Source of the DNA: an uncultured Pseudomonadota bacterium
Lineage (GTDB): Bacteria; Myxococcota_A; Polyangia; Fen-1088
Assembly (NCBI GenBank): GCA_963847705.1
Contig: CAWKBC010000034.1
Location: 160,001 to 224,000 of the forward strand
Direction of reading: 5' to 3'
DNA: 64,000 bases
Position 1 is the first letter of the stretch. The number at the start of each line of letters is the position of its first letter. The notes beneath the pieces are model-generated. The model had not been told where the DNA came from, searched no databases, and saw only the letters and a program-made list of their open reading frames with translations. Below, in pieces: positions 27,009 through 42,630 of the stretch. The position numbers and the translations under genes were made by a program.

Positions 27009-30000
27009 GGGCGCCGCTTTCTCGGAGGCGCCCTTGTCGTCGCTCTTGTCCTCGCCGCTTTGGTCGCCCTTGGGGCTTCGCTCGTCCGGGCGCTTGTCGT
27101 CGTGATCCTCCGGCCTGGCGGCCGGGCGCTCGCGCTCCGGCGCCTCGCCCGACGGCGGGGGAGACGCCTGCTCCGACGGCGGCGCAGCGGCTTCTGAGGG
27201 CGCGTCCGGCTGCGCCTCGACCGCCGCCGGCGCGGGGGTCGCCGTCGAGGCGGCCGCGCGATGGGCGTGGGAGGTGTGCTCGCGCTTGCTGTCGGTGGCC
27301 AGCGCGTGCCGCGCAGCGCTGAGGCCGTGGGTGAAGGTCGGATCGTCGGGACGCGTGGTCAGCGCCTTTTCGTACTCGGTGACCGCCTCGCCGTCCTCGC
27401 GCAGGGCGTGGAGGCACTCGGCCAGAAGCGCGTGCGCCTCGGCGTTGCCACCCGAAAACGCCACCACCTCGCGCGCCCAGCGGACCGCCTCGGTGTCCTT
27501 GTTGGCCGACAGCGCCGATTGCGCGCGCGTCCGCAGGGCGGCCACCAGCTCCGCCTCGCCACCGCCGTGGGCGTCGAGCGCCAGCGCGATCCGGTAGTGG
27601 GCGACGCCGGCCTCGATCTCGCCGCGATCGAGCTCCTCCTCGGCCGCCTTCACCAGCAGCCCCTTGGCGCGCGTCGCCAGGGTGTCGGCGATCGCGCTGC
27701 CGCCGTCGGCGCGCAGGCGCGCCAGCTGCTCTTGCAGCGCCGGGAGCTGCGCGAACCCGAACCCGCTCCCCATCATCCGCTCGACGTCGGCCACCCCGGA
27801 GCGCAGGCGCTGCGCCCGCCGCTCGGCGTCGCTCGGCTGGGCGGGCGCCGAGGTGGTCGCGAAGGCAGCGCCCGGCAGGGCGGCCGTCTGCGCCTGTGCG
27901 CTCCAGGGGAGCCTCCGGTAGATCGTCACCGCCGCGACGCCGACCAGCGCCAGCGCGGCGAACGTCCCCGCGTACCGCCAGCCGCCGCCCGCGTCGCGGG
28001 TCGCGCCGGCGCCGGTCGCGGCGGAAACGCCCAGGTCGTCGCCGCGGCCGCCGCGCTCCGCCTCCCAGGCCGGTGGCGGAACCGGCGAAGGCGCCCGGCG
28101 CGGCGCGGCCGGCGGGCTGTCGGCGCGCGGGTGCGTCCCGCCGGGGGCCTCGTCCGAGTACGAGATCTCCGGCACCACGCCGCGCTCCTGATCGTGCAGA
28201 CCCAGCATCTCGGAGACCGCGCGCGAGCGCCCGAACAGCGACTTCACCAGGTCGTATTCGAACTGCGCCATGCTCTGGTAGCGGTGCGCCGGATCGGCCT
28301 CGAGCGCGCGCACCACGATGCGGTCCAGCTCTTCGGGGACGTCGGCCTTGATCCCGCGCGGCGGGATCAGCTCCTTGTCGCGCGACATCTGGGGCGGCGA
28401 GCCGGAGACCATCTCGTAGATGAGCGCGCCCACCGAATAGATGTCGCTGCGCTGATCGACCGCGCCCCCCTCCGCCTGCTCGGGCGCCATGTACTCCGGC
28501 GTCCCCATCGCCACCCCTGGATTGGTGAGGCGGCGCGCGCGCCCCATGCTGCGGGCGATGCCGAAGTCGAGCACCTTGACGAAGTCGGCCTGGCCGTCGC
28601 GGGCGACCAGAAAGATGTTCTCCGGCTTGAGGTCGCGGTGGATGACGCCGGCCGCGTGCGCAGCGGCCAGCGCGCGGCAGATCTGGGTGGCGATCTTGCA
28701 GGCGCGCTCGGGGGCCAACCGCCGCTCGTGCGACAGCACGTCGGCCAGATCGATCCCGTCGAGGTGCTCCATCACGAAGTAGGCGCAGCCATCCTCGGTC
28801 TCGCCGAAGTCGGTCACGTCGATGATGTGCGGGTGGCCGATGCGGGAGGCGGCGCGCGCCTCGCGCCGGAACCGCTCGACCAGATCCTGCTGCGTCGAGT
28901 AGGCGGGGTGCAGGATCTTGATGGCCACGTCCTTGCCGATCTCCACGTGCTCACCCGCGTAGACGGTCCCCATCCCCCCTTCCCCGATCTTGCGGATCAC
29001 CCGGTAGCGGCTGTCGATCACCCGCCCGGTGAAGTCGACCCCCGTCGAATCGTCTTCCTTGGGGAACTGCAGCTTGGTGCTGCCCGATTCCAGCAACGAC
29101 AGCGGCACCGGCATGCGCGCCGACTGGCGCGGCGCAGGCGCGGGGAGCAGCGCCGCGCTCTCGGCCAGCAGCTTGTCGCGCTCGGCCCGCTCGTCCTTCG
29201 CGGTCGTGTCGTAGAGGCCGCGCAGGAAGTCGGCGGTCCGCTCGGCGTCGGCGCGCGGCGAGATCTGCGTGATGATGTCGGAGAGCGCCTTGCGCATCTC
29301 CTCGGCCGACTGGAACCGCGCCTCCCGGTCGGGCGCCAGCGCCCGCAACAGGAGCGCGTCGAGGTTGGGCGTGATCCAGGGGGCCTTCGACGAGGGGGGC
29401 TGCACGCGCGGGTGGCGCACCAGCGACATCGCCGTCGCGGGGTCGAGGTTGGCCAGCTGCAGATACTGGTTCCCGGTCACCAGCTCCCACAGCACGATCC
29501 CCAGGCTGTAGATGTCGGTGCGGGCGTCGGCGATCTCGCCGCGCGCCTGCTCGGGCGACAGATACGACGCCCGCCCGAACACCACGCCGGGGGCGGTGTT
29601 CTCTTGCTTGAGCACGCTGCGCGCCAGGCCGAAGTCGGTCAGCTTCACCTCGCCGAAGTAGCTGATGAGGATGTTGGGGGGCGCCACGTCGCGGTGGACC
29701 AGGCGCAGGTCGGCGTGCGAGTGGACGTAGGCCAGCGCGCGGCAGATCTCGCGCGCCACGTGCAGGGCGACGTCGAGCGGGATGCGGGTGCGGGTGCGGA
29801 CGCAGCGGTTCCAGATCTCGCGCAGGTCCTTCCCCTCGACCAGCTCCATCGCGATGAAGAACTCGCCGTCGACCTCGCCGGCGTCGAAGGTGGGGACCAG
29901 GTTGGCGTGCGAGAGACGCAGCACCACCTTGGCCTCGTCGAGAAAGCGATTGGACTTGGCGCGATCGTTCTTCTCCGCCAGCACCTTCTTGACGACGCAG

Positions 30001-30116
30001 AACTTCTGAAAGCCGGCCGCGCCGGCGGCAGCCAGAAAGATCGCACCCATCCCGCCGCGCGCCATCGGCTTGAGGAGCACGTACTTTCCGAATTTGAGCG
30101 GGTAAGTTTCCGCCAT
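26970..30116 (-). CDS. Ser/Thr protein kinase with two kinase domains, a TM segment and C-terminal TPRs
   Basis: Domain 1 has ARGGMG, HRDVAPPN, DFG and YLSPEQ. Domain 2 has GEGGMG, AIK, HRDLKPEN, DFG and GTPEYMAPEQ. TM segment and TPR-like helices follow. Confidence 0.92.
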   Translation of the reverse strand: MAETYPLKFGKYVLLKPMARGGMGAIFLAAAGAAGFQKFCVVKKVLAEKNDRAKSNRFLDEAKVVLRLSHANLVPTFDAGEVDGEFFIAMELVEGKDLREIWNRCVRTRTRIPLDVALHVAREICRALAYVHSHADLRLVHRDVAPPNILISYFGEVKLTDFGLARSVLKQENTAPGVVFGRASYLSPEQARGEIADARTDIYSLGIVLWELVTGNQYLQLANLDPATAMSLVRHPRVQPPSSKAPWITPNLDALLLRALAPDREARFQSAEEMRKALSDIITQISPRADAERTADFLRGLYDTTAKDERAERDKLLAESAALLPAPAPRQSARMPVPLSLLESGSTKLQFPKEDDSTGVDFTGRVIDSRYRVIRKIGEGGMGTVYAGEHVEIGKDVAIKILHPAYSTQQDLVERFRREARAASRIGHPHIIDVTDFGETEDGCAYFVMEHLDGIDLADVLSHERRLAPERACKIATQICRALAAAHAAGVIHRDLKPENIFLVARDGQADFVKVLDFGIARSMGRARRLTNPGVAMGTPEYMAPEQAEGGAVDQRSDIYSVGALIYEMVSGSPPQMSRDKELIPPRGIKADVPEELDRIVVRALEADPAHRYQSMAQFEYDLVKSLFGRSRAVSEMLGLHDQERGVVPEISYSDEAPGGTHPRADSPPAAPRRAPSPVPPPAWEAERGGRGDDLGVSAATGAGATRDAGGGWRYAGTFAALALVGVAAVTIYRRLPWSAQAQTAALPGAAFATTSAPAQPSDAERRAQRLRSGVADVERMMGSGFGFAQLPALQEQLARLRADGGSAIADTLATRAKGLLVKAAEEELDRGEIEAGVAHYRIALALDAHGGGEAELVAALRTRAQSALSANKDTEAVRWAREVVAFSGGNAEAHALLAECLHALREDGEAVTEYEKALTTRPDDPTFTHGLSAARHALATDSKREHTSHAHRAAASTATPAPAAVEAQPDAPSEAAAPPSEQASPPPSGEAPERERPAARPEDHDDKRPDERSPKGDQSGEDKSDDKGASEKAAPSAPAEPTPDQQH

Positions 30117-30213
30117 TGTCCGCTTGAGGCTCGCGATCGTAGGACATTCGCCGCCCAGACGCGAGCGGCCACCACTCAATCGCTCGAAGACGCTTACCCG
30201 GATGAGCTTGCCG

Positions 30214-32115
30214 TCATTCACCAATGTCCAGATCGCGGTCGCGGGCGCCGGACCGCAGCACGGTCAAAGCCGACGGTGGCGCCAGCGCCGAATCGCCGAG
30301 GAGGGTGCGGAGCCGGCCGACCGCGTCGTCTCGTTCGGCCAGATTCGCAGAGGGATCGTAGTCGGCGGCGAGCCCGTCGCCCGGGGAGGCGTCGGGCGCG
30401 ACCAGGCGGCGCAGGCTGCGCCAGGCCAGGTGCCGCACCGCCGGGGTGCGATCCTGCGCCATGACGTCGAGCAGCGCTCCGACGCGACGCGCCCGGGCAC
30501 CGGGGTCGATCAGGGGAGCTCGGCCGAGCGCATCGGCCGCCGCTGCGCGTGCCACCGGCGGACCTCCGAACAGCGCCTCCAACGGCGACGTTCCCGCCGG
30601 AACCGGGGCGCCCGGCGCGAAGCGCGCCCCACCCCACAGCCTCCGGGCAGCCGCCTCGGCCCAGGCGGCCGTCCGCTCGACGTGGCAGGTGGTACAAGCG
30701 TCGGGGCGTCCGGCGGCGGCGGCCCGGGCCGGGTCGGGAACCTCGATCCGGTGGCTGCGGTGCACGTCGAGCACCCCGTAGACGATCCGGGGCATGTGGC
30801 AGGAGACGCAATGGATGCCGCCCCCTTCGCCCCCTGCCCCCACCTGTCCCCCTTGGCCCGCCCCATCGTGGTGCGCGTGGAGCCGCGCCGCCTCCGGGGT
30901 CGCCAGCGCCGGGTGGCAGGTGGTGCACATCGAGCTCGACGTCTTCCCCCCGGCCTTGCTCCCGAACCGCGCCCGGATCTGCCCGCGCGGATCGCCCTCG
31001 TGCATGCCATGGCAGCTGATGCAGGTGAGCGGCCCCTGCATCGTGCAGGGCGATTGCAAGAGCCCCTGGTATTCGTACGCGGTGAGGCGCGGCGTGCCGT
31101 CGTCCCAGAAGCGCGCCGCGAAGGCCTGGCGATCGCCGTGCATAGGCGTGTCGCGCCAGAGCGGCGCGCTCTCGATCGCCAGATCGTCGCCGGGAACGAA
31201 GGGATCGCCGTGCTCGAGCAGCGGTTCGAGCTGATCGGCGATCCGCTGGCCGTGGCAGCGACCGCAGAGATCGGCGGCGCGCTCCGGCGACAGGCGCGAC
31301 GGGTTCACGATGGTCGGGTCGGCGCCGCCGTTCACCTGCAGCGCCCAGCGGCGCAGCGGATTGCCGTTGCGCGCCACGTGCTCGGCGCCCGGGCCGTGAC
31401 AGGCCTCGCAGGCGATGCCCAGCTCGGCGACGGAGGTGGCGAACCGCCCGCTGGCGGGATCGCGCGCCGGGTTGGGCGCGACGTTGTGGCAAAAGACGCA
31501 GTTGTCGTTCCAGCGGGTGACGTGCCGATCGAAGTCGCCCCCACCGAACACGGGCCGCCCGGTCGGCGCCGCTGCGAGATCGCCGGAACGATCGGAAGAC
31601 CGATCGGAAACCGGATCGGAGAATAGAAACGCGCCGGTCATCGGGAACCAGCGCCGCTCCTCGACCTGCCAGGCGACGGGCAGCCGCCAGTAGGTGTCGC
31701 CCTCGCGGGCCAGGTACTGCTGGTAGCGGCGCGACCCGACGGTGCGGACGACGTCGACCGTCCGGGGCGGCGCCCCCGCCGAGGTGAACGTCATCTGATA
31801 TCCGCCCTGCGCATCGCGCGCCATCCGGGTGGTGACGCCGGCTTGCCGCAGGGTCGCGCCCGAAAAATCGCCGCGGACACTGTCCGGGGTCGCTTCCGCC
31901 GTCATGCTCCGGTGGAACGTCCGGTGCCAGCTGGCGTAATGGTCTTCGTGACAGCGGCGGCAGGCGAGCGAGCCGACGTACCCGCCGCCGTGCAGATCGC
32001 GCGGGCGCCCCAGATCCGCGGAGAGGACCCGCTCCTCGAGCCAGGCTCCGACCACCACGGCGCCCACGAGGACCGCCACCGCCAGCGGAGCTAGGAGGCG
32101 TGCGCGGCGCGACAC
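30214..32115 (-). CDS. Multiheme (8 CxxCH) cytochrome c with a C-terminal HEAT-like region
   Basis: CRRCH, CVFCH, CEACH, CGRCH, CISCH, CTTCH, CVSCH and CTTCH, with an N-terminal TM anchor. Confidence 0.88.
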   Translation of the reverse strand: MSRRARLLAPLAVAVLVGAVVVGAWLEERVLSADLGRPRDLHGGGYVGSLACRRCHEDHYASWHRTFHRSMTAEATPDSVRGDFSGATLRQAGVTTRMARDAQGGYQMTFTSAGAPPRTVDVVRTVGSRRYQQYLAREGDTYWRLPVAWQVEERRWFPMTGAFLFSDPVSDRSSDRSGDLAAAPTGRPVFGGGDFDRHVTRWNDNCVFCHNVAPNPARDPASGRFATSVAELGIACEACHGPGAEHVARNGNPLRRWALQVNGGADPTIVNPSRLSPERAADLCGRCHGQRIADQLEPLLEHGDPFVPGDDLAIESAPLWRDTPMHGDRQAFAARFWDDGTPRLTAYEYQGLLQSPCTMQGPLTCISCHGMHEGDPRGQIRARFGSKAGGKTSSSMCTTCHPALATPEAARLHAHHDGAGQGGQVGAGGEGGGIHCVSCHMPRIVYGVLDVHRSHRIEVPDPARAAAAGRPDACTTCHVERTAAWAEAAARRLWGGARFAPGAPVPAGTSPLEALFGGPPVARAAAADALGRAPLIDPGARARRVGALLDVMAQDRTPAVRHLAWRSLRRLVAPDASPGDGLAADYDPSANLAERDDAVGRLRTLLGDSALAPPSALTVLRSGARDRDLDIGE

Positions 32116-32149
32116 GCGGGCATCTTAACCGGCGCCGTCGCGCCGGGCC

Positions 32150-35174
<3,025 letters not shown>

Positions 35175-35449
35175 TTCACGAGCGCGCGTCGCCGGAAGCG
35201 CCGGCGGAGCTGAACCCCCGCGGGGCGCCGCCCGTTGGGCGTCTTCTTGGGTGGGCGATCTTATCAGGTCGAAGCTCCTGGCATGACTTTCGCGCTTCGC
35301 ACCCCGGGCAGGAAAATTGCGCGGGTGTACCGGCTTGTAATCGACGAGACACCAATACTTCTAAAGGACCGATTTCTCACATGTGGTCAGATGCCATACC
35401 CATCGCTCCCCTGATGCGGGTGGCGCGGAAAAAGGCGAAGATAACCGTG

Positions 35450-37039
35450 ATGTCGACGGGGAAAACGGTCGCGGTCTTGCGAGCTCTGGTGCTCGGCGCG
35501 CTCGCGCCCGGGTGTAGCTCAGGCGGAAATCAGATTGCCGGGACCGGGGGTACGGGCGGCCAGGGGGGCGCCGGCGGAAGCTCGCAGACGACGACCGAGA
35601 CCATCACGATCGCCGAGAGCAGCAATCCCAAGGTCGACATCCTGTTCGTGCTCGACGACTGGGCCTCGACGACCGAAATGCAGCAGAAGCTCAACGACCA
35701 GCTTCCGACCTTCGTACGGGTGCTGCAATCCTTGCCCACGCCGCTCGATCTCCACGTCGCCGTTGCGACCACCGACATGGGCGCGCCGAGCGACGTGATG
35801 AACCAGATCATGTCCACGGCGCAGGGGGACAACGGCGCCTTCCAGAGCACGCCGAGAGGGGCCTGCACCAGCACGACCCTCATGAACGGCGCGACGTTCC
35901 TCGCCGACGACGGAAACGGAACGGCGAACTTCACCGATCCGATGGCGACCGTTCTTCAGTGCATCTCGCTGGTGGGCAACAAAGCGAGCGGATTCGGCCA
36001 ACCGCTCGCCGCCGCCGCGCGGGCGCTCGGCGCGGACAACGTCGTGAACGGGGTGCCGACGCCTCCAGCGACGAACGTCGGGTTCTTGCGACCGGACGCC
36101 TATCTGGCCATCATTTTCCTGGCCAACCAGGACGACTGCTCTGTCCCCGCCGGAACGCAGCTCTTCTCGATCAACGGAGGGGAACAGAATCTGACCAACC
36201 CGCTCGGGCCGATCTCGCACTACCGCTGCAATCAGTTCGGGCACCTCTGCAAGGACCCGGCGTCGAGCAACCCGCAGGCGCTGGTCATGCCGCCGCTCAA
36301 TCCGCCGTCCGACGCCCAGGGGACGACCTCGAATCCGACGCTCGACCTGACCGGCTGCCAGGACAACGACCAGGGGACAGGTCTCCTGATCCCGGTCAGC
36401 ACGCTCGTCTCGGAAATCAAGGCGCTCAAGTCCGATCCGGACAATCAGATCATCGTCGCCTCGATCTCGGCGCCGCCGACGCCGTACACGGTCGCCTGGC
36501 TCCCGGAATCGGACGGAGAGAACACCCAACCCGGAGAGCTCTGGCCCGAGATCGAGCATTCCTGTGGCGCGAGGGGGGGCGACGACGTCAACCCCCAATC
36601 GGTGTTGAACCCGACCGACGGCAGCTTCGGGGATCCCGGCGTGCGGATGGCGGCGTTCGTGGGCGGCTTTTCAGACAGCGTGCTCGCGTCGATCTGCGAC
36701 GCGAGCTACGCCTCGGCCGCGCAAGTGATCGCCACGAAGGTCGGCCAGCTGCCCAGCAGCGGGACCTGCCTCACCGGCCCGATTCAGACCGCCGCCACTG
36801 GAGCGCCGAGCTGCACGGTCGTCGCCCAGGTTCCGAGCGCGAGCGGCGCCACCAAGAGCGTGCCTTACGCCAGCTGCCAGGCCAACGGCGGGGCCGCCCC
36901 CTGCTGGACGCTGGTCACCGGCCCCGCGAACTGCGCGGGCCAGACGGTTGTCGTGATGAACGCTCCCGGTGCGCCGAGCTCGTCGGTCACCGCCAGTTGT
37001 CAGGTCTGCAATCCGGGCGCTTCCGTTCCGGGCTGCTAG
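35450..37039 (+). CDS. Cys-rich lipoprotein with a VWA-like domain (myxobacterial type)
   Basis: Lipobox APGC, Gly linker, VDILFVLDD..S, LHVAVATTDMG, GFLRPDAYLAIIFL..QDDCS and ASICD. Confidence 0.7.
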   Translation: MSTGKTVAVLRALVLGALAPGCSSGGNQIAGTGGTGGQGGAGGSSQTTTETITIAESSNPKVDILFVLDDWASTTEMQQKLNDQLPTFVRVLQSLPTPLDLHVAVATTDMGAPSDVMNQIMSTAQGDNGAFQSTPRGACTSTTLMNGATFLADDGNGTANFTDPMATVLQCISLVGNKASGFGQPLAAAARALGADNVVNGVPTPPATNVGFLRPDAYLAIIFLANQDDCSVPAGTQLFSINGGEQNLTNPLGPISHYRCNQFGHLCKDPASSNPQALVMPPLNPPSDAQGTTSNPTLDLTGCQDNDQGTGLLIPVSTLVSEIKALKSDPDNQIIVASISAPPTPYTVAWLPESDGENTQPGELWPEIEHSCGARGGDDVNPQSVLNPTDGSFGDPGVRMAAFVGGFSDSVLASICDASYASAAQVIATKVGQLPSSGTCLTGPIQTAATGAPSCTVVAQVPSASGATKSVPYASCQANGGAAPCWTLVTGPANCAGQTVVVMNAPGAPSSSVTASCQVCNPGASVPGC

Positions 37040-37050
37040 AGACAGAGCCA

Positions 37051-38295
37051 ATGCCGGGCGAATATCTGCTGGTCATCGACGACAGCCCGACGGTGCAGAA
37101 GGTCGTCGAGCGGGCGCTCTCCGAGGCGGGGCACCGGGTGCTCGCTGCGGCGGACGGCGAGTCGGCCCTGGCCTTGATCCGTGAGGCCCGCGCCGTGCCC
37201 GAGCTGATCCTCCTGGACGGCCTCATCCCCGGGCGCGACCCCGCCGATTTCTGCCGCCAGTTGACCGACCAGCCGGCGCTGGCCCGGGTCCCGGTGGTGG
37301 TGATGATCGCGCGCGGGCAGGCGGCCGATCTGGAGGAGCGCTTCGCCAGGGCGTCCAACGTCGTCGACACGATCGGCAAGCCGTTTTCGCCGGAGGCGCT
37401 GCAGGCCGTCGTCGCGCGCGTGGTTCGCCTCCCAGGTTCACTGGGCCGAACCGCCACCTCGTTCGCCGTCGCCGAAGCTCTCTCGCTGTCGGCCGAACCC
37501 GCCGACAGAGGCGTCGCCGAGGCCCGCGCGTTCGCCGCCGAAGGACTGCTCCTGGCCGGCAATCTGGCGGCGATCTCGCTGAGCCAGATCATCGAGCTGC
37601 TCGCCGATCAGCTGCACACCGGAGCGCTGCGGGTCCTCAACACCGAGAGCGGCGCCCGCATCGAGATCTACTTTCAGGCGGGGCGGGTCGACTTCGCGGC
37701 CGCGATGGGGGTGGCCGAAGAGTTCCTCATCGGCCGGTTCACCGTGGAGACCGGCGACGTCACGGCCGAGGCGCTCACCCGCGTGCTCGAGGAGCGCGCC
37801 CGGGCCACGATCCCACCGCCCCTGTTCGGCGCCGATCTGGTGGCCCGGGGGCTCATCTCGCAGGCGGCGCTGACGCTGGCGATGACCCGCCAGACCAGCG
37901 AGCTGGCTTACGAGACGCTCCGCTGGCGCGCTGGTTTCTTTCAGTTTCGGCAGGGCGGCGAGCTGCCCGCGCCGGCGCGCGAGGCGCGGCTTCAACTCAA
38001 CGTCGATCGGATGCTGCTCGAGGGGTACCGCCGGGTCGACGAGTGGCGGGTCATCGAGCGCGAGATCGCCGACCTGGACGAGGTCTTCATCCGCAACGAA
38101 AACAAGATCGCCGAGCTGCCGCGCGGGACCCTGACGCGCGACGAGCTGGGCGTGCTCGACGAGGTCGACGGCCGCCAGAGCGTGCGCGAGATCGTGCGCA
38201 AGCTGCGCATGGGATCGTTCGACGTCTCGAAGGTCTTCTTCCGCTTCAGTCGCGCCCGCCTGATCCGAAGGCGCGTGCGTCCGACGTCTGTTTAG
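37051..38295 (+). CDS. Response regulator with DUF4388 (PatA-N) domain
   Basis: LVIDDS...LILLD...KPF receiver, then GNLAAISL.QII..L...TGAL.V, W..GFFQF and LLEGYRRVDEW. Confidence 0.88.
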   Translation: MPGEYLLVIDDSPTVQKVVERALSEAGHRVLAAADGESALALIREARAVPELILLDGLIPGRDPADFCRQLTDQPALARVPVVVMIARGQAADLEERFARASNVVDTIGKPFSPEALQAVVARVVRLPGSLGRTATSFAVAEALSLSAEPADRGVAEARAFAAEGLLLAGNLAAISLSQIIELLADQLHTGALRVLNTESGARIEIYFQAGRVDFAAAMGVAEEFLIGRFTVETGDVTAEALTRVLEERARATIPPPLFGADLVARGLISQAALTLAMTRQTSELAYETLRWRAGFFQFRQGGELPAPAREARLQLNVDRMLLEGYRRVDEWRVIEREIADLDEVFIRNENKIAELPRGTLTRDELGVLDEVDGRQSVREIVRKLRMGSFDVSKVFFRFSRARLIRRRVRPTSV

Positions 38296-39026
38296 CCGGC
38301 TATGGCGCTTTGGCCGTCGAGAGGCGCGTCGGGGCGCTGGAGCTTGTAGCCCATGCCGCGGACCGACTGCAGCCGCTCGCCGAGCTCGCCCAGCTTGGCG
38401 CGCAGGTTGAGCACGTGCGTGTCGACGGTGCGGACGCGCCCGACGTGGCGGTAACCCCAGACGCGGGAAAGGAGCTCCTGGCGGGTGAACACGCGGCCAA
38501 CCCGGTCCGCGAGAAACCGCAGGAGCTGAAACTCGTAGGGCGTGAGGCCGAGGGATTTCCCCCCCTCATAGGCCTGCCGCATCTCGCAGTCGAGCGTGAC
38601 GTCCCCGTACCGAACCTGCAACGGCGCACCCGGCCGCTTGTCGCGCGCCTGAAGCTGCCGCAGCCGGGCCGCCATCTCGTCGGCGCTGACCGGGATCAGG
38701 ATGAAGTCGTCGGCCCCCATCTCCGGGTCGAGCCCCGAGACGCGCGCCACCTCGAGACAGAGGAGAATCCGCGTCGCCACCAGGTCGGGACGTTGCCGCA
38801 GCCGCTTGATCGCGTGCCGGCCGATCTCGAGGTGCTCGCCCGCCTCCACCACCGCCACATCCGCCACGCCCGACAGCGCGTCCAGCTCCGCCAGATCGTA
38901 GCCGACCACCGTCACGTCGTGCCCCAGACTGCGCAGCATCGAGGCCGGGGATTCGGGTCGCGCCTGGCTGCGCCCTGGATCCAGGGTCACCACGATCGCG
39001 CGCAATCCAGAGCCGACGAGCCGCAT
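38292..39026 (-). CDS. OmpR/PhoB-type winged-helix regulator with an atypical receiver (GlnR-like)
   Basis: C-terminal LTPYEFQLL.FL....GRVFTRQELL..VWG...RTVDTHV..LRAKL...VRGMGY. The receiver lacks the canonical Asp and Lys. Start may be 39062. Confidence 0.85.
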   Translation of the reverse strand: MRLVGSGLRAIVVTLDPGRSQARPESPASMLRSLGHDVTVVGYDLAELDALSGVADVAVVEAGEHLEIGRHAIKRLRQRPDLVATRILLCLEVARVSGLDPEMGADDFILIPVSADEMAARLRQLQARDKRPGAPLQVRYGDVTLDCEMRQAYEGGKSLGLTPYEFQLLRFLADRVGRVFTRQELLSRVWGYRHVGRVRTVDTHVLNLRAKLGELGERLQSVRGMGYKLQRPDAPLDGQSAIAG

Positions 39027-39142
39027 GTATGGAGCGTCCACCGGGGAAGAACCGATGAACACATTCAGACTACGCCACCGCCGGTTAACTGCGGGTTTCG
39101 GCGACGAACATTCTATGTAAACGCCCCCGATCGTGAGGTCGG

Positions 39143-39311
39143 TGACTTCTGATCGCGTCGAGCGTAGGCGGGCTTTGCCCGCCGGAGCTCATCGCGGGAG
39201 GTTTCAGGAACCCTCCCAGGGTTCCTGACTTCTGATCGCGTCGAGCGTAGGCGGGCTTTGCCCGCCGGAGCTCATCGCGGGAGGTTTTAGGAACCCTTCC
39301 CAGGGTTCCTG
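39143..39311 (-). repeat. Two tandem 83-bp units, each with two hairpins (REP/BIME-like)
   Basis: Units start at 39143 and 39226. Hairpins ggcgggc-ttt-gcccgcc and aggaaccct-ccc-agggttcct. Confidence 0.9.
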
Positions 39312-39313
39312 CC

Positions 39314-40363
39314 TTAATACACAGGCCAACGATGGGGCAGGAAGTATTCTTCGTAGACGCGCAGGGCGTAGCGGTCGGTCATGCCGGTGATGAAGTCCCC
39401 CACGGCGCGCGAGAGCCCGTCGGACTCCGGAATTCCCTTGGGCCAGTGACTGGCGCGGAACTCGTCGGGGTGGGCGTGGAAGTAGGCCCACAGCTCGCCG
39501 ATGATCCGCTGCGCCTTCTCGAACTCCCCGCGGATCTCCTTCCGCTCGTAGACGGTCTCGTACAGAAAATCGCGTAAGGCGATCAACGCGTCGAGCACCT
39601 CGTCGGTCATCCGGATCTGGCGCTTTTCTTCCAGCCGCGAGGCCGACACCATGTCGTTGACCATCCGGGAGATCCGCTCGCCGTGCGAACGGCCGAGCTT
39701 GTCGAGGATGGAGGCCGGAACCGAGGCCGGATCGACGACCCGCCCGCGGACCGCGTCGTCGAGATCGTGGTTCACGTAGGCGACGATGTCGCTGATACGG
39801 ACGATCTGCCCTTCCAGGGTCATGGCCATCAAGTTCGGGTTGTCCGAGATGATGTGCCCCTTCCCCTTCGAGTGCTTGAGGATCCCGTCGCGCACCTCGA
39901 CGGAGAGGTTCAGCCCCTGCCCTTCCCGCTCGAGCTTCTCCACCACGCGGATCGACTGTTTGACGTGGTGAAAGCCGTCGGGCATCAGCTTGGCCAGGAC
40001 CTTTTCGCCGGCGTGACCGAACGGCGTGTGGCCGAGATCGTGCCCCATGACGATCGCTTCGGTGAGCGACTCGTTGAGGCCGAGCGCCCGGGTCACCGTG
40101 CGGGCGATCTGCGACACCTCCAGGGTGTGGGTGATGCGCGTGCGGTAGTGGTCCCCTTCCGGGGCCAAAAAGACCTGCGTCTTGCCAGCCAGCCGCCGGA
40201 ACGCCTTCGAGTGGATGATGCGATCACGATCGTGCTGGAAGATCGGGCGCACCGGATCGGGCGGCTCGGGGCGGTCGCGCCCCTTGCTGGCCCGGCTCTT
40301 CTGGGCGAACGGCGAGAGGACCTTCTCCTCGTCGTCCTCCAGTTTTTCGCGGATGCTGCTCAT
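39314..40363 (-). CDS. dgt: Deoxyguanosinetriphosphate triphosphohydrolase (HD domain)
   Basis: DRDRIIHSKAFRRL..KTQV, RTRITHTLEV, GHDLGHTPFGHAGE, HDLDD and GMTDRYA. Confidence 0.9.
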   Translation of the reverse strand: MSSIREKLEDDEEKVLSPFAQKSRASKGRDRPEPPDPVRPIFQHDRDRIIHSKAFRRLAGKTQVFLAPEGDHYRTRITHTLEVSQIARTVTRALGLNESLTEAIVMGHDLGHTPFGHAGEKVLAKLMPDGFHHVKQSIRVVEKLEREGQGLNLSVEVRDGILKHSKGKGHIISDNPNLMAMTLEGQIVRISDIVAYVNHDLDDAVRGRVVDPASVPASILDKLGRSHGERISRMVNDMVSASRLEEKRQIRMTDEVLDALIALRDFLYETVYERKEIRGEFEKAQRIIGELWAYFHAHPDEFRASHWPKGIPESDGLSRAVGDFITGMTDRYALRVYEEYFLPHRWPVY

Positions 40364-40374
40364 CGTTCTTTCTG

Positions 40375-42603
<2,229 letters not shown>

Positions 42604-42630
42604 CTGTGAATTGTCCAATGTGTGTTCCTT

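Noticed and set aside
23850-30464. Very long plus-strand ORFs (1052 aa and 1067 aa)
   Set aside because: They are antisense shadows of sppA and the kinase, typical of high-GC DNA. Only the last 209 codons of the first ORF (SCP2 protein) look real.
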